Origin: an uncultured Gammaproteobacteria bacterium
GTDB taxonomy: Bacteria; Patescibacteriota; Patescibacteriia; Magasanikbacterales; UBA922
Length of the DNA: 64,000 nt
NCBI GenBank assembly: GCA_964597575.1
Contig: CAZQXB010000001.1
Coordinates: 274,111-338,110, forward strand
Direction: 5' to 3'
Positions 1-9,877 of the stretch are shown one piece after another. How positions within the stretch are numbered: the stretch's first letter is position 1; the number at the start of each line of letters is the position of its first letter. The notes below the pieces were generated by a model, which ran no database searches, had not been told where the DNA came from, and saw only the letters and a list, made by a program, of their open reading frames with translations. A program made the translations under genes and the position numbers.

Positions 1-1077
1 AAAAGTGAACCAAAAACGGAAGAACTAGAAAGAAAACGATGGGCTATCCCCCCGGGAAATAAAGAGTTTACCGTAAAAGTAGGTGCGATTTTTACTCGTT
101 CTCCAGATGGCGCTCCACCCATGTTTGAAGCGCGTATTTTAGGTTGGACGGACACTGCTCGAAAAGAAGATTCGTTTATTATAACGAGTACGGAGAGAGC
201 CGTGGTTCTTGTTGATACCGCAGTTCGAACGACGCTCGTGATAAATGGCAGTAATGCCCCCGTACAAGTTTCTCCGGGGGAAGCACTTCAAACAACCCTT
301 GTGGTTAAAAATACCGGCGAAGCACCGATGACGAACGCGAGTATTCGCTTGGTTTTTGATGCGCCATCATTTAAGAATAGAAGCATGCTCAGCTGGCAGG
401 AGTTGGTCGACGAGGCGGAAGGGTCTGTGCTCGGTGAACAGCTCACACCAACGAAACGCCGTGGATCAATTACCTGGACGTCCAAAAACATTCCAGCGCT
501 TGCGAACTTGAAGCCTGGCGAACAGGTTTCGATTGACCTCTCGCTTCCGCTCAAAGATACGAGTGATAGCGACATTGCTGATTACCCTACCGGGCCGATT
601 TTAGTAACACCTGAAGTGCGGTATGCACGTGGAGGTACAACTGAGGTGGTTTCGCTTGACCCGAGAAGTTTATCTGTTGTTTCTAATGTGAGTCTTGCTC
701 CCACGGTGTCCTCGGTCGTGCGCGGTAGTGAAACAGACTATACCGTGAAATGGGTTGTGAATAATACATTCCATGACTTGAAAGATCTTCGTCTTGAGGC
801 CGATCTGTATGGAAATATTGCATGGAATCAGGCGAAATTATCAGTACCAGCAGGGACCGCGACCTTTGATCCGCAAACGAAAAAGCTCGTGTGGATTATT
901 CCAAGCATGCCCGAAAGTGTTGATGTAAATGCACTTCAATTTGCCTTTACACTCAAAGAAAAAAATCCGACTCAAACAGAATTGATTTCAAAAATTCGCC
1001 TCACCGCGACAGATGCGACGGCGAACGAGCCACTTATTCGAGTAGGGGAGAATACTCCACTTGAAGTGCAAGAATAA
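1..1077 (+). CDS. 5'-truncated hypothetical surface protein with Ig-like/DUF11-like beta-sandwich modules
   Basis: Frame is open from base 1; beta-rich sequence with PGEALQTTLVVKNTG and YTVKWVVNN-type motifs. Confidence 0.6.
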   Translation, partial: KSEPKTEELERKRWAIPPGNKEFTVKVGAIFTRSPDGAPPMFEARILGWTDTARKEDSFIITSTERAVVLVDTAVRTTLVINGSNAPVQVSPGEALQTTLVVKNTGEAPMTNASIRLVFDAPSFKNRSMLSWQELVDEAEGSVLGEQLTPTKRRGSITWTSKNIPALANLKPGEQVSIDLSLPLKDTSDSDIADYPTGPILVTPEVRYARGGTTEVVSLDPRSLSVVSNVSLAPTVSSVVRGSETDYTVKWVVNNTFHDLKDLRLEADLYGNIAWNQAKLSVPAGTATFDPQTKKLVWIIPSMPESVDVNALQFAFTLKEKNPTQTELISKIRLTATDATANEPLIRVGENTPLEVQE

Positions 1078-1092
1078 ATCAATTAAAAATGA

Positions 1093-1132
1093 AAAAATTC
1101 GTCGGGAGCCTCCTGTCTCGCGGCGAATTTTT
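1093..1132. terminator. Bidirectional hairpin between convergent genes
   Basis: AAAAATTCGTCG...CGGCGAATTTTT inverted repeat. Confidence 0.6.
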
Positions 1133-1156
1133 AATAATGCTTGTTTCTTTTATCCA

Positions 1157-1477
1157 TCACCGAACCCTTTTCTCCTTCTCTTGTTGTTTTTTCCTTACAC
1201 CAATTGCGACGCAGCACCTGATGTAGAAGTCGAGAAGGGGGAGGTTGAAAAGTATAAAATGAAATCCGTGCGCACTGTATTTTTTGTTGAAAAACATGCA
1301 GATTGCTGCTGCTCCCAAACTAATGCCACCAAGAATAATGCCACATACACATTCTGCGCGAGAGATTTCCGCGGTTACCGGATTGACGAACTTAATTGTG
1401 GAAAGAGCGAGAAAGACAAGCGTGATAGCCATGATGAGCGGTGAGAGTTCAATCACTCGAATCATGAGATACTCCAT
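1157..1477 (-). CDS. Small hypothetical membrane protein (about 3 TM segments)
   Basis: Hydrophobic segments and basic tail; start ATG 1477 chosen because a TTGACA-17-TACCGT promoter lies just upstream. Confidence 0.5.
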   Translation of the reverse strand: MEYLMIRVIELSPLIMAITLVFLALSTIKFVNPVTAEISRAECVCGIILGGISLGAAAICMFFNKKYSAHGFHFILFNLPLLDFYIRCCVAIGVRKKQQEKEKRVR

Positions 1478-1582
1478 GTGCTTCACGGTAACGGGAAAAG
1501 AGTAAATTGTCAATTTCTTGGTTGGGTTCTCTTGTCCAAGTAAAATAAAATAGCCCGGCATAAATGCTAAGCTATTTTATAG

Positions 1583-1654
1583 TGCCCCCGGAGGGAATTG
1601 AACCCCCATCAACGGCTTCGAAGGCCGCTGTGTTATCCATTACACCACAAGGGC
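1583..1654 (-). tRNA. tRNA-Arg(UCG)
   Basis: Cloverleaf; anticodon arm GCGGC-CTTCGAA-GCCGT; GTTCAA T-loop; CCA not encoded. Confidence 0.95.
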
Positions 1655-1883
1655 TAGTGGTTTTAACGTATGTATCTTATACACTAATTCGTCGAATTTT
1701 ACCAGTGCCTCAGTCAGATCTGTCACAACAGCCTGGGTTTGGTGCACAAGAGAATGGCAGGGAAACAGTTATCTTTGCCACAAGAACCACCTTCTTGAGG
1801 CTTAGCCTGAAGAAAAGATTCTTGCTTTTTCATAAGCAGCCCCTGGGCTTTCACTTCGGCCACCACAATAAATTTTCTACTAA

Positions 1884-1921
1884 ATATCACAAAAGCAGCC
1901 TCAAGGCTGCTTTTGTGATAT
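1884..1921. terminator. Bidirectional terminator downstream of tRNA-Lys
   Basis: 17-bp perfect inverted repeat ATATCACAAAAGCAGCC/GGCTGCTTTTGTGATAT. Confidence 0.8.
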
Positions 1922-1922
1922 G

Positions 1923-1995
1923 TGACCCGGGCGGGGATCGAACCCGCGACCTTGGGCTTAAGAGGCCCCTGCTCTACCAGCTGAGCTACCAGGTC
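1923..1995 (-). tRNA. tRNA-Lys(CUU)
   Basis: Cloverleaf; anticodon loop CTCTTAA; TAGCTCAG D-arm; GTTCGA T-loop. Confidence 0.95.
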
Positions 1996-2095
1996 TTTTT
2001 TTACTAAACTCCACCCACTTCTAGCAAAAGATCAAATTTGTTTCTTGGAAACGAGACGAGTATACCAAAAAAAGTACAGCTCGTCAATCGTGGCT

Positions 2096-2857
2096 CTAGC
2101 CAATGGGGTCACTGCTCGAACGAGGGAGAATTTCTACCTTTGATCGCTTCCACTTCTTAATAAGAAGTGCAGCTTCGGCTGCGGACACCTGGGCTTCCTG
2201 CTTACTCGATCCATTTCCCTCGGCCACCTTTTCCTTTTCTAAGTAGACCCCGACAATAAATTGTTTATTATGATCAGGCCCTTCCTCTTTGAGGACGCGA
2301 TACGTTGGAGTGATACCTAAAAGTTCCTGAGCCGCTTCTTGGAAGCGAGATTTTGGATCGACCCAAAGACCTTCTTCTAGTACATCGGGAAGGCGGCTAA
2401 TCACGAAGCGGGTGATAAATTGGTTTGTGATATCCCAACCTTGGTCAATGTAAATAGCCCCAATAAGCGCTTCCAGGGCATTCGCGAGAATATATTCTCG
2501 TGCTTTTGTGCCACTGTCTTTCGCTTCACCGTGGCTCAAAAATAAGTATGTTTCAAGGCCGAGTTCAGACGCAACGGCCGCACACATTTTAGCGTTTACA
2601 AGAGACGCGCGCCAGTTGGTCATGTCGCCTTCCGTATTTAAGTAGTTTTCAAATAAATACTGCGTCACCGAAAGTTCGAGAACCGCATCACCTAAAAATT
2701 CCATGCGTTCGTTATGAGCAAGAGGGAAGTCACGGTGTTCGTTTAAGTACGATCGGTGAACAACAGACTGTACTAAGTGATTCTTATTATGAAAATGAAT
2801 TCCAATGTGCTCTTCGAGCGCCGTAAATTTTTTTTCAGCGTATTCAGGAACGATCAT
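2096..2857 (-). CDS. rnc: Ribonuclease III
   Basis: NERMEFLGDAVL signature plus C-terminal dsRBD (DPKSRFQE, GSSKQEAQ). Confidence 0.97.
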   Translation of the reverse strand: MIVPEYAEKKFTALEEHIGIHFHNKNHLVQSVVHRSYLNEHRDFPLAHNERMEFLGDAVLELSVTQYLFENYLNTEGDMTNWRASLVNAKMCAAVASELGLETYLFLSHGEAKDSGTKAREYILANALEALIGAIYIDQGWDITNQFITRFVISRLPDVLEEGLWVDPKSRFQEAAQELLGITPTYRVLKEEGPDHNKQFIVGVYLEKEKVAEGNGSSKQEAQVSAAEAALLIKKWKRSKVEILPRSSSDPIG

Positions 2858-2866
2858 AGGTATAAA

Positions 2867-3367
2867 TTAGCTGGTGACTTCGGTTGATTCTTCGTCTTTT
2901 ACGCCCTCTTTTGGTTCGTCGGGAATTTCTTCAGATTCTTTTCCTTTTCGAGGATCCACCTCATACATTGCCCCTAAGATGCCATTTACAAAGCGGCCGC
3001 TTGACTGCCCTCCAAACGTTTTGGCCATTTCAATCGCTTCGTTAATCGCCACTTTTCCTGGGACAGAATTCACAAATAAGAGTTCGTATACCCCGAGGCG
3101 CAAAATGTTGCGGTCGATATAGGTCATTTGTTCCATCGGCCATTTGGGTGCAAATTTTACAATGGCCTGGTCAATATCCTCAATATGAGACACGACACCT
3201 GCTGCGGTGTCGTGAACAAACTGATGATTTTCTTCAGAAAGACCTTTGCCAAATTCTTCAATTTGCTGATTCGCAATTGCCGGAAGCGCTGCAGTTGGTC
3301 TGCCCTTAAAGTCCCATTGGTAGAGGACTTGCATCACGATTGAGCGGGCCAAGTGCCGGTTTGACAT
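2867..3367 (-). CDS. nusB: Transcription antitermination factor NusB
   Basis: RHLAR..QVLYQWD, IDRNILRLG, AINEAIEMAK, FVNGIL motifs. Confidence 0.97.
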   Translation of the reverse strand: MSNRHLARSIVMQVLYQWDFKGRPTAALPAIANQQIEEFGKGLSEENHQFVHDTAAGVVSHIEDIDQAIVKFAPKWPMEQMTYIDRNILRLGVYELLFVNSVPGKVAINEAIEMAKTFGGQSSGRFVNGILGAMYEVDPRKGKESEEIPDEPKEGVKDEESTEVTS

Positions 3368-3381
3368 AAGGGGAGAAAGAA

Positions 3382-3597
3382 TTACCCTTTGCTCTTTGCT
3401 TTACGCATGAGGCGGTTTGCGCGTTTCGCAACATCAATCACCTGGCGACCACGGTACATACCCGTTGCTGGGTTTACGCGGTGAGGGAGTGATGGGTTCC
3501 CGTCAGTGTCAACACCAACGGTGGTTTTCGCGAGCGCAAAGTGTGCTGCGCGTTCGCGTTTCGAGCGGTTTGTGCGTTTTTTCGATGGCAGACCCAT
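3382..3597 (-). CDS. rpmF: 50S ribosomal protein L32 (Cys-free, non-zinc type)
   Basis: MGLPSKKRTNRSKRERAAH...LPHRV...GMYRGRQV; start trimmed to ATG 3597. Confidence 0.93.
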   Translation of the reverse strand: MGLPSKKRTNRSKRERAAHFALAKTTVGVDTDGNPSLPHRVNPATGMYRGRQVIDVAKRANRLMRKAKSKG

Positions 3598-3726
3598 AGA
3601 AGTGCAGGAGTTACAAAAATTATGAAAACCCGATTCGGGAGTTTCAGATAAAAAGAGTATAGCGTAGGGGAGGAAAAAAATCAAGAGGTCATTGCCCGAA
3701 TGGGAAAATATCAGTATGATAGTCTC

Positions 3727-4695
3727 ATGTCTGAAGAAAACGGCCCTATTTCTGCCCTATTTCCACCGACCCTTCCCCTGTTTGAAGATGGGTCTTTTTT
3801 GCAGTCACCGGAATGGGCTGATTTTCAACGGAGTGTGGGGAGAAAAGTGATTGCGGTACCCTCGACTAAGAGGTCACTACACGCGTTTAAAAACGAATTG
3901 CCTTTAGGTTTGTCATATCTTTACGTTCCCCAGGCCGATGTCTCTGAAACAGCCTTAAAAGAGCTTATCAAGGCGGGTGAGGAAGAGAAGGCTCTGTTTC
4001 TTCGTATTGAGCCATGGAATCAACCGCTCACCTGCTCGGGCTATACGTTTGTCCGAACGGCATCTCGTCAACCGCAGTATTCTTTGTGTGTCCCTGTTAA
4101 AAAAGAAGAAGAAATGCTTCGGGCAATGCATACAAAGACGCGGTATAATATTGGGCTCTCAGAAAGAAAAGAAGTTCAGGTAAAAAAAATAAAAGACGTC
4201 GATATTTTTTGGAGACTTCTGCAGGATACAACGAAACGCGATGGGTTTCGTGCGCACGGAAAAGAATATTATGAAAAAATGGTAACCATACCAGTGGTCG
4301 AGCAGTATGTGGCATTTGCTAGCGGTGTTCCAGTCGCAAGCATCATCACCATTCGCCACGGTGCCACCGTCGTCTATCTGCACGGGGCATCACTTCATGA
4401 GTATCGAAATCTTATGGCGCCATACGCACTTCAGTGGGCGGCACTGAAAGATGCTTTTTCAAGCGGTGCACTGTGGTACGATATGTGGGGCGTGGCCCCT
4501 CCGGCCGAGAGTCATAATGCTCATGCAGAAACATTCCACACCTATACCTGGGACACGCGACACTCTTTTCACGGCATCACACGGTTTAAGGCGGGGTTCG
4601 GTGGTATACCAGTCACGCATCCGAGTGCTGTGGAAATTCCTCTTCGTCCGTGGCTATATAAATTGTATCGTATCCGTCAGTGTTTTATTGGTTAG
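3727..4695 (+). CDS. FemABX-family peptidoglycan interpeptide-bridge peptidyltransferase
   Basis: FLQSPEW, KTRYNI, YLHGAS, APYALQW, YDMWGV, GITRFKAGFGG motifs. Confidence 0.9.
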   Translation: MSEENGPISALFPPTLPLFEDGSFLQSPEWADFQRSVGRKVIAVPSTKRSLHAFKNELPLGLSYLYVPQADVSETALKELIKAGEEEKALFLRIEPWNQPLTCSGYTFVRTASRQPQYSLCVPVKKEEEMLRAMHTKTRYNIGLSERKEVQVKKIKDVDIFWRLLQDTTKRDGFRAHGKEYYEKMVTIPVVEQYVAFASGVPVASIITIRHGATVVYLHGASLHEYRNLMAPYALQWAALKDAFSSGALWYDMWGVAPPAESHNAHAETFHTYTWDTRHSFHGITRFKAGFGGIPVTHPSAVEIPLRPWLYKLYRIRQCFIG

Positions 4696-4733
4696 CTTCT
4701 ATACATCACAAACCTACCGTCTCTGAAACTTCT

Positions 4734-5291
4734 ATGAGTGTTTCCTGGAGTCAAAAAATATTTTTAGTGGTAAATGCCTACATTGGCAAAAAACCGTGGC
4801 TCGATACGCTTATGCGTTTTTTTGCGGTGTGGGGGATCTATGTCCTGATCATCCTCATTTTTGTGTGGAGCCTTTTTCAGTTTTCAGAAGGTGGCTTTGC
4901 CCTTTTCGTGTTTTTAGTGGCGTGCCAAGCCTCCTTTGTTATTGGTCTTGCAGTGAATGCACTTCTCGGGGTTATACGCCCAAGAAAGCGCCCAAAAGAC
5001 GAGTTACCAGGAACTGTGGAGTTAATACAACTTCGTCCGTTTGAATATTGGAAATCTTTTCCGTCCGACCACACCATGGCCGCATTTACGTTTGTATTTG
5101 TGGCGATGATATTTGGCCTGTCTGCATTGTGCTCGGTCTTTTTTCTTTTGTTTGCTCTTCTCATTGGGTGTTCCCGGGTGTATGTTGGAGTTCATTTCCC
5201 TCGCGATATTTTTGGGGGACTCCTTGTGGCTTTTGTTGTTAATGCTGTGGTTGTTTCGCTCATCCCTCCTTTTCTGAATCTTTTTTTCTGA
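4734..5291 (+). CDS. PAP2-family membrane phosphatase (undecaprenyl-PP phosphatase-like)
   Basis: RKRP, SFPSDH, SRVYVGVHFPRD motifs and TM helices. Confidence 0.9.
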   Translation: MSVSWSQKIFLVVNAYIGKKPWLDTLMRFFAVWGIYVLIILIFVWSLFQFSEGGFALFVFLVACQASFVIGLAVNALLGVIRPRKRPKDELPGTVELIQLRPFEYWKSFPSDHTMAAFTFVFVAMIFGLSALCSVFFLLFALLIGCSRVYVGVHFPRDIFGGLLVAFVVNAVVVSLIPPFLNLFF

Positions 5292-5315
5292 AAGAAGTGC
5301 TGTCGTATCTCTTAT

Positions 5316-6011
5316 ATGAATGCCATTATTTTATGTGGTGGACTCTCGACGAGGCTGGGAGACATCACGAAATCAATTCCCAAAATTTTACTTTCCATTG
5401 GTGATCGCACCATGCTTGATTGGCAACTCGACAAGCTTTCTTCGGTTGGTATTACTGAAGTCGTCATGGCCGCCGGACACTTATCAGAAGTACTTATGAA
5501 AGAGGTGGGGGAGGTGCGTCGAGGAGTTCGTGTGCGTTATGCTGTAGAACCAGCTCGGCTTGGAACAGGCGGGGCAATTCAGTTTGCACTTCAGTATGTG
5601 AAAGATTCTACAGAACCCACCATTATCTTGAATGGAGATATTTTTACTACAGTGCCAATGGCCGACATGGTCCGTGCATTACGGAAGGAGAGCGAGGGTT
5701 TAATTTTAGGGTCTTACGTTGAGGATGCTGCAACATATGGTACCCTAGAAATCGGAGAGCACAACAGACTTCACGCATTTAAAGAAAAAGAAGGCCAGCA
5801 TGTGCCTGGGTACATTAATGGAGGATTTTATATCTTCACTCCAGCTACTACCAAATATTTTCCCCCGGAAGATGCGTTTAGTGTTGAATACGACGTATTT
5901 CCAAAAGTGAAAGACATGGATGTTTACCCCTCAAAACATGCCTGGATCGATATCGGCCAGCCCGAACGCTTGGCGTGGGCGCGGGAGCATTGGCAAGAAT
6001 TCTTAATCTAA
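5316..6011 (+). CDS. Sugar-phosphate nucleotidyltransferase (NTP_transferase family)
   Basis: AIILCGGLSTRL..IPK, LGTGGAI, ILNGD, WIDIG. Confidence 0.88.
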   Translation: MNAIILCGGLSTRLGDITKSIPKILLSIGDRTMLDWQLDKLSSVGITEVVMAAGHLSEVLMKEVGEVRRGVRVRYAVEPARLGTGGAIQFALQYVKDSTEPTIILNGDIFTTVPMADMVRALRKESEGLILGSYVEDAATYGTLEIGEHNRLHAFKEKEGQHVPGYINGGFYIFTPATTKYFPPEDAFSVEYDVFPKVKDMDVYPSKHAWIDIGQPERLAWAREHWQEFLI

Positions 6012-6017
6012 TTTTTT

Positions 6018-7049
6018 GTGCGTAGAATAAAAAAAAATTTCATCCTTTTTCTTTCCGTCATTATTGTCTGTATTTTTTTAGCATGGTTTCTGACGTTTCG
6101 CTATAGCCGGGAAAGCGGATCGGTTACCATTACCGTGCTCCCTGCCGAAACGATGCAAGATGTGGCAGAGCATTTAAAAACGAATCGGGCTATTGTGTCT
6201 GAAACACTTTTCGGTGTGTATGCTAGGCTGTCGCGGCTTGACAGAAAGCTCCAAGCTGGAACATTTGTGATCGATTCACCTGCCTCAATTGCTCGTATCA
6301 CGAAAGCACTCACTGAGCCTCAAATTCGGGAAGAGCGGGTAATAACAATTATCCCTGGCTGGTCACTGCGTGATATCGCAACGTATTTCGAAAAAGAAGG
6401 GATTGCGACAAGTGGAGAACTGTACGCACTAACAGGAAAACCTGCGGAAAAAAAATCAGGTCAAGTCGGGTTTGGTGTCCCGGTACAAATTCTTAGCGCC
6501 TTACCAAGTGATATTAGTATGGAAGGATATTTGGCACCCAATACATACCGTATTTTTGTAGGTGAGCCACTGATGCAAACCCTCGAGCGCTTAGTCGCAG
6601 AACGTGAAGAAGAAATAACACCAGAACTTCTTCAAGGAATTACGAAAAGCGGTCGAACGTTTCATCAGATTTTAACGATGGCAAGTATCTTAGAGCGCGA
6701 AGTGCCGCATGAGAATGATATGGCGAAGGTGGCAGATTTATTTTGGCGACGGTTCGATGCCGACTGGGGTTTGCAAGCCGATTCCACGGTTCATTATGCT
6801 ACCGGAAAAGAAGGTGATGTATTTACGACCGCTCGTGATCGCGCCTCTGATAATGAATGGAATACGTATAAGTGGAAAGGTCTGCCGCCTGGGCCAATTT
6901 CGACACCGAGTATTGAAGCAATTCGTGCGGCTATTTTTCCAGAAAAAAATGATGCGTGGTTTTTTCTCACAACGCTCGATACTGGGGAAGTGAAGTATGG
7001 CAAGACTCTTGAAGAGCACAATGCAAATGTACGAAAATATTTACGATAA
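6018..7049 (+). CDS. mltG: Endolytic transglycosylase MltG (YceG)
   Basis: N-terminal TM; EGYLAPNTY, MASILERE, LQADST, WNTY..GLPPGPI. Confidence 0.93.
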   Translation: MRRIKKNFILFLSVIIVCIFLAWFLTFRYSRESGSVTITVLPAETMQDVAEHLKTNRAIVSETLFGVYARLSRLDRKLQAGTFVIDSPASIARITKALTEPQIREERVITIIPGWSLRDIATYFEKEGIATSGELYALTGKPAEKKSGQVGFGVPVQILSALPSDISMEGYLAPNTYRIFVGEPLMQTLERLVAEREEEITPELLQGITKSGRTFHQILTMASILEREVPHENDMAKVADLFWRRFDADWGLQADSTVHYATGKEGDVFTTARDRASDNEWNTYKWKGLPPGPISTPSIEAIRAAIFPEKNDAWFFLTTLDTGEVKYGKTLEEHNANVRKYLR

Positions 7050-7084
7050 AAATAAAAAATGATTAAGACCTATTTACATATTGT

Positions 7085-8224
7085 ATGTCCAAAGCACTTT
7101 CATACCACAAAAAATTGAAAGGAAAAATTGAAGTTATTTCGCGTGCAAAACTGAAAAATAGAAATGATTTACGATTAGCCTACACCCCTGGGGTTGCTGA
7201 GCCATGCTTAGAAATTCAAAAAGATGTTTCTAAACTATACGACTATACCCGTAAAGGAAATTTAGTTGCCGTCATTACCGACGGAAGTGCGGTTTTAGGG
7301 TTGGGGAACATTGGCCCAGAAGCAGGGCTGCCGGTTATGGAAGGGAAGTGCGCTTTATTTAAACGCTTTGCTAATGTCGATGCGTTTCCTGTCGCCATAA
7401 AGACGCAAGACGTGGATGAGTTTGTGAGAACAGTCGAATTAATTGCGCCTATGTTTGGGGGAATTAATTTGGAAGATATTGCTGCGCCGCGGTGTTTTGA
7501 AATCGAGGAAAAATTAAAACAAAAATTGGATATTCCTGTATTTCATGATGATCAACATGGCACGGCTATTGTTTGTCTGGCTGGGCTTATTAATGCACTC
7601 AAAGTGGTTAAAAAGAGCATGAAAGATATTACCGTTGTGGTGAACGGACTTGGGGCGGCGGGTGTAGCAATTACCAAGCTTCTTCTTTTGTCCGGCGTAG
7701 GTGAGATGCGCCTTCTTGATTCGAAAGGTATCATTTTTGATGGCCGTGCGGAGGTAGATGGTGTGAAAGCCGAACTCGCCAAAAAAACGAATCGTGAAAA
7801 ACGATCAGGCGGTTTAGCTGAAGCACTTCAGGGGGCGGATGTATTTATTGGGGTGAGTAAACCAAACTTGGTAACGGAAGATATGGTTCGTTCGATGAAC
7901 GAAAAATCGATTCTTTTTGCTATGGCGAATCCCGTGCCTGAAATTATGCCCGATGTGGCGAAAAAGGCCGGGGCGTTTGTTGTGGCAACGGGCCGAAGTG
8001 ATTTCCCGAATCAAATTAATAATGTGCTGGCTTTTCCTGGAATTTTTCGAGGTGCGCTTGATGCTCGGGTGCGATTTATTACCGAAGAGATGAAGCTGGC
8101 AGCTGCGTATGCATTGGCGAAAGCCGTAAAAAAACCAACCGCAAATTATATTATTCCAGATCCTTTTGATAAACGTGTGGCAAAGCTCGTGGCCAAAGCA
8201 GTGAAAAATAAAGCGAAGAAATAA
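7085..8224 (+). CDS. NAD(P)-dependent malic enzyme
   Basis: AYTPGVAEPC, FGGINLEDI, VFHDDQHGTAIV, TGRSDFPNQINN. Confidence 0.95.
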   Translation: MSKALSYHKKLKGKIEVISRAKLKNRNDLRLAYTPGVAEPCLEIQKDVSKLYDYTRKGNLVAVITDGSAVLGLGNIGPEAGLPVMEGKCALFKRFANVDAFPVAIKTQDVDEFVRTVELIAPMFGGINLEDIAAPRCFEIEEKLKQKLDIPVFHDDQHGTAIVCLAGLINALKVVKKSMKDITVVVNGLGAAGVAITKLLLLSGVGEMRLLDSKGIIFDGRAEVDGVKAELAKKTNREKRSGGLAEALQGADVFIGVSKPNLVTEDMVRSMNEKSILFAMANPVPEIMPDVAKKAGAFVVATGRSDFPNQINNVLAFPGIFRGALDARVRFITEEMKLAAAYALAKAVKKPTANYIIPDPFDKRVAKLVAKAVKNKAKK

Positions 8225-8231
8225 TAAGCAT

Positions 8232-9287
8232 ATGCGAACTGACGATTTCGATTTTTTTCTTCCAGATGAACGGATTGCACAATCACCAATTGAGCCGCGG
8301 GATCATTCAAAACTCATGGTGATTGATCGAAACAAGAAAACGATTGAACATCGGCAGTTTTTTGATCTCTTGTCGTACCTTCGTCCGGGTGATCTTCTTG
8401 TTTGGAATAATTCGAAGGTGTTTCGAGCGCGGTTGTTTGGTCGTTTATTTAGTCCATCCGGAGAACCTCTTCGTGAGCATGCAAAACCCATTGAAATTTT
8501 TCTCGTCCGTCCTACAGAAAATACTGGGGTTTGGCATGCTCTCGCAAAACCTGCCAAACATGTGAGTCATGGTATGCAAATTCGTTTTGCATCAGATTTT
8601 GCCTGTGAAGTGGTGGTAAAAAAAGATGATGGAACACTACTTGTTCAGTTTTCTTACAATGAAGCGACGGTTCGTGTGAAAGCAAATCAATATGGAGAAG
8701 TTCCTCTTCCCCCGTATATTAAAAAGGGCGTGAATGAACTTGTGGCATACCAAACGATCTATGCTCGGGAGGAGGGTTCGGTAGCAGCGCCTACCGCGGG
8801 TTTTCATTTCACCCCCGAACTTATTGAAAAAATAAAAGAGAAAGGTGTCTCGTTTGCAGAGGTGACTCTCCATGTAGGGCTAGGCACTTTTTTACCTGTA
8901 AAAAGTGAGCAGATTGAGGATCATACCATGCATAGTGAATGGGTGGAGCTGCCAGACGCAACAGTTCAGGCTATTCATACTACGAAAGCCAGCGGTGGAA
9001 GAGTTATCGCTGTCGGCACGACGACAGTCCGTACTTTAGAGGGGGTCGCGAAGTATGCTACTGGCCTTGCCGCCTATGCAGGGGATATTAATATGTTTAT
9101 TACCCCAGGATTTCATTTTCAGGTGGTCGATGCGCTTGTCACAAATTTTCATCTTCCAAAATCAACACTCCTTATGCTGGTGTCGGCATTTGCCAATGAC
9201 CGAGAATTTATCTTGCGTGCCTACGCTGAGGCGGTGGAAAAAGAATATCGATTTTTTAGTTTTGGCGATGCTATGTTTATTGTTTAG
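8232..9287 (+). CDS. queA: SAM:tRNA ribosyltransferase-isomerase QueA
   Basis: PLPPYI, GSVAAPTAGFHF, TLHVGLGTF, TNFHLPKSTL, YRFFSFGDAM. Confidence 0.97.
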   Translation: MRTDDFDFFLPDERIAQSPIEPRDHSKLMVIDRNKKTIEHRQFFDLLSYLRPGDLLVWNNSKVFRARLFGRLFSPSGEPLREHAKPIEIFLVRPTENTGVWHALAKPAKHVSHGMQIRFASDFACEVVVKKDDGTLLVQFSYNEATVRVKANQYGEVPLPPYIKKGVNELVAYQTIYAREEGSVAAPTAGFHFTPELIEKIKEKGVSFAEVTLHVGLGTFLPVKSEQIEDHTMHSEWVELPDATVQAIHTTKASGGRVIAVGTTTVRTLEGVAKYATGLAAYAGDINMFITPGFHFQVVDALVTNFHLPKSTLLMLVSAFANDREFILRAYAEAVEKEYRFFSFGDAMFIV

Positions 9288-9290
9288 TTT

Positions 9291-9698
9291 ATGAACATCT
9301 TTTTTTCTTCGCTCGTGGCGTTACCGATATTTGTAGCCCTCGACTTTTTGTGGCTCGGCATTATTATGCGTTCTTTTTACGTGCGCGAACTTGGCCCCTT
9401 GGCGAGGCAGGGTATTCATTATCCAAGTGCTTTTGTAGTGTATGTGCTTATGGCGCTCAGTGTTGTGGTGTTTGTTTTGCCCCGGTTTTTCGGAATGCCG
9501 GTAACATTAAAAGTATTTGCGCTCGGTGCACTTCTCGGTTTTTTAATCTACGGAATTTACGATTTCACTAATTACGCCACTCTTGCTCATTGGTCATGGC
9601 GTTTTATGGTCGTTGATATTCTTTGGGGAGGGGTCGTGTATGGCGTAACAAGCATACTAACTCTCTCAATTCTTCGATGGTTAAAAATATTTTCCTAA
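9291..9698 (+). CDS. DUF2177-type membrane protein
   Basis: LDFLWL, YGIYDFTNYATL..W, VDILWG; 4 TM segments. Confidence 0.8.
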   Translation: MNIFFSSLVALPIFVALDFLWLGIIMRSFYVRELGPLARQGIHYPSAFVVYVLMALSVVVFVLPRFFGMPVTLKVFALGALLGFLIYGIYDFTNYATLAHWSWRFMVVDILWGGVVYGVTSILTLSILRWLKIFS

Positions 9699-9839
9699 AA
9701 GGTGATTTTTAACGTGAATTCTGTGCGATGGTAGTCAGGGGGCAGGGGAACGATAAGAAGCCACAAGGGTCACCAAATTAGGGTGGACAAGGAGATGGTG
9801 AAGATAAAGAAGAATAGTGACTCTCGCAAAAAATAATGC

Positions 9840-9877
9840 AAAAAAAGAATGGTGCTTAGTTGCACCATTCTTTTTTT
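9840..9877. terminator. Hairpin overlapping the tgt stop codon
   Basis: AAAAAAAGAATGGTGC/GCACCATTCTTTTTTT inverted repeat. Confidence 0.75.

Noticed and set aside
1564-2007. 147-aa ORF
   Set aside because: Antisense to two tRNA genes and a terminator
9700-9835. Purine-rich intergenic stretch
   Set aside because: No start signal, convincing fold or repeat; at most a decayed gene fragment
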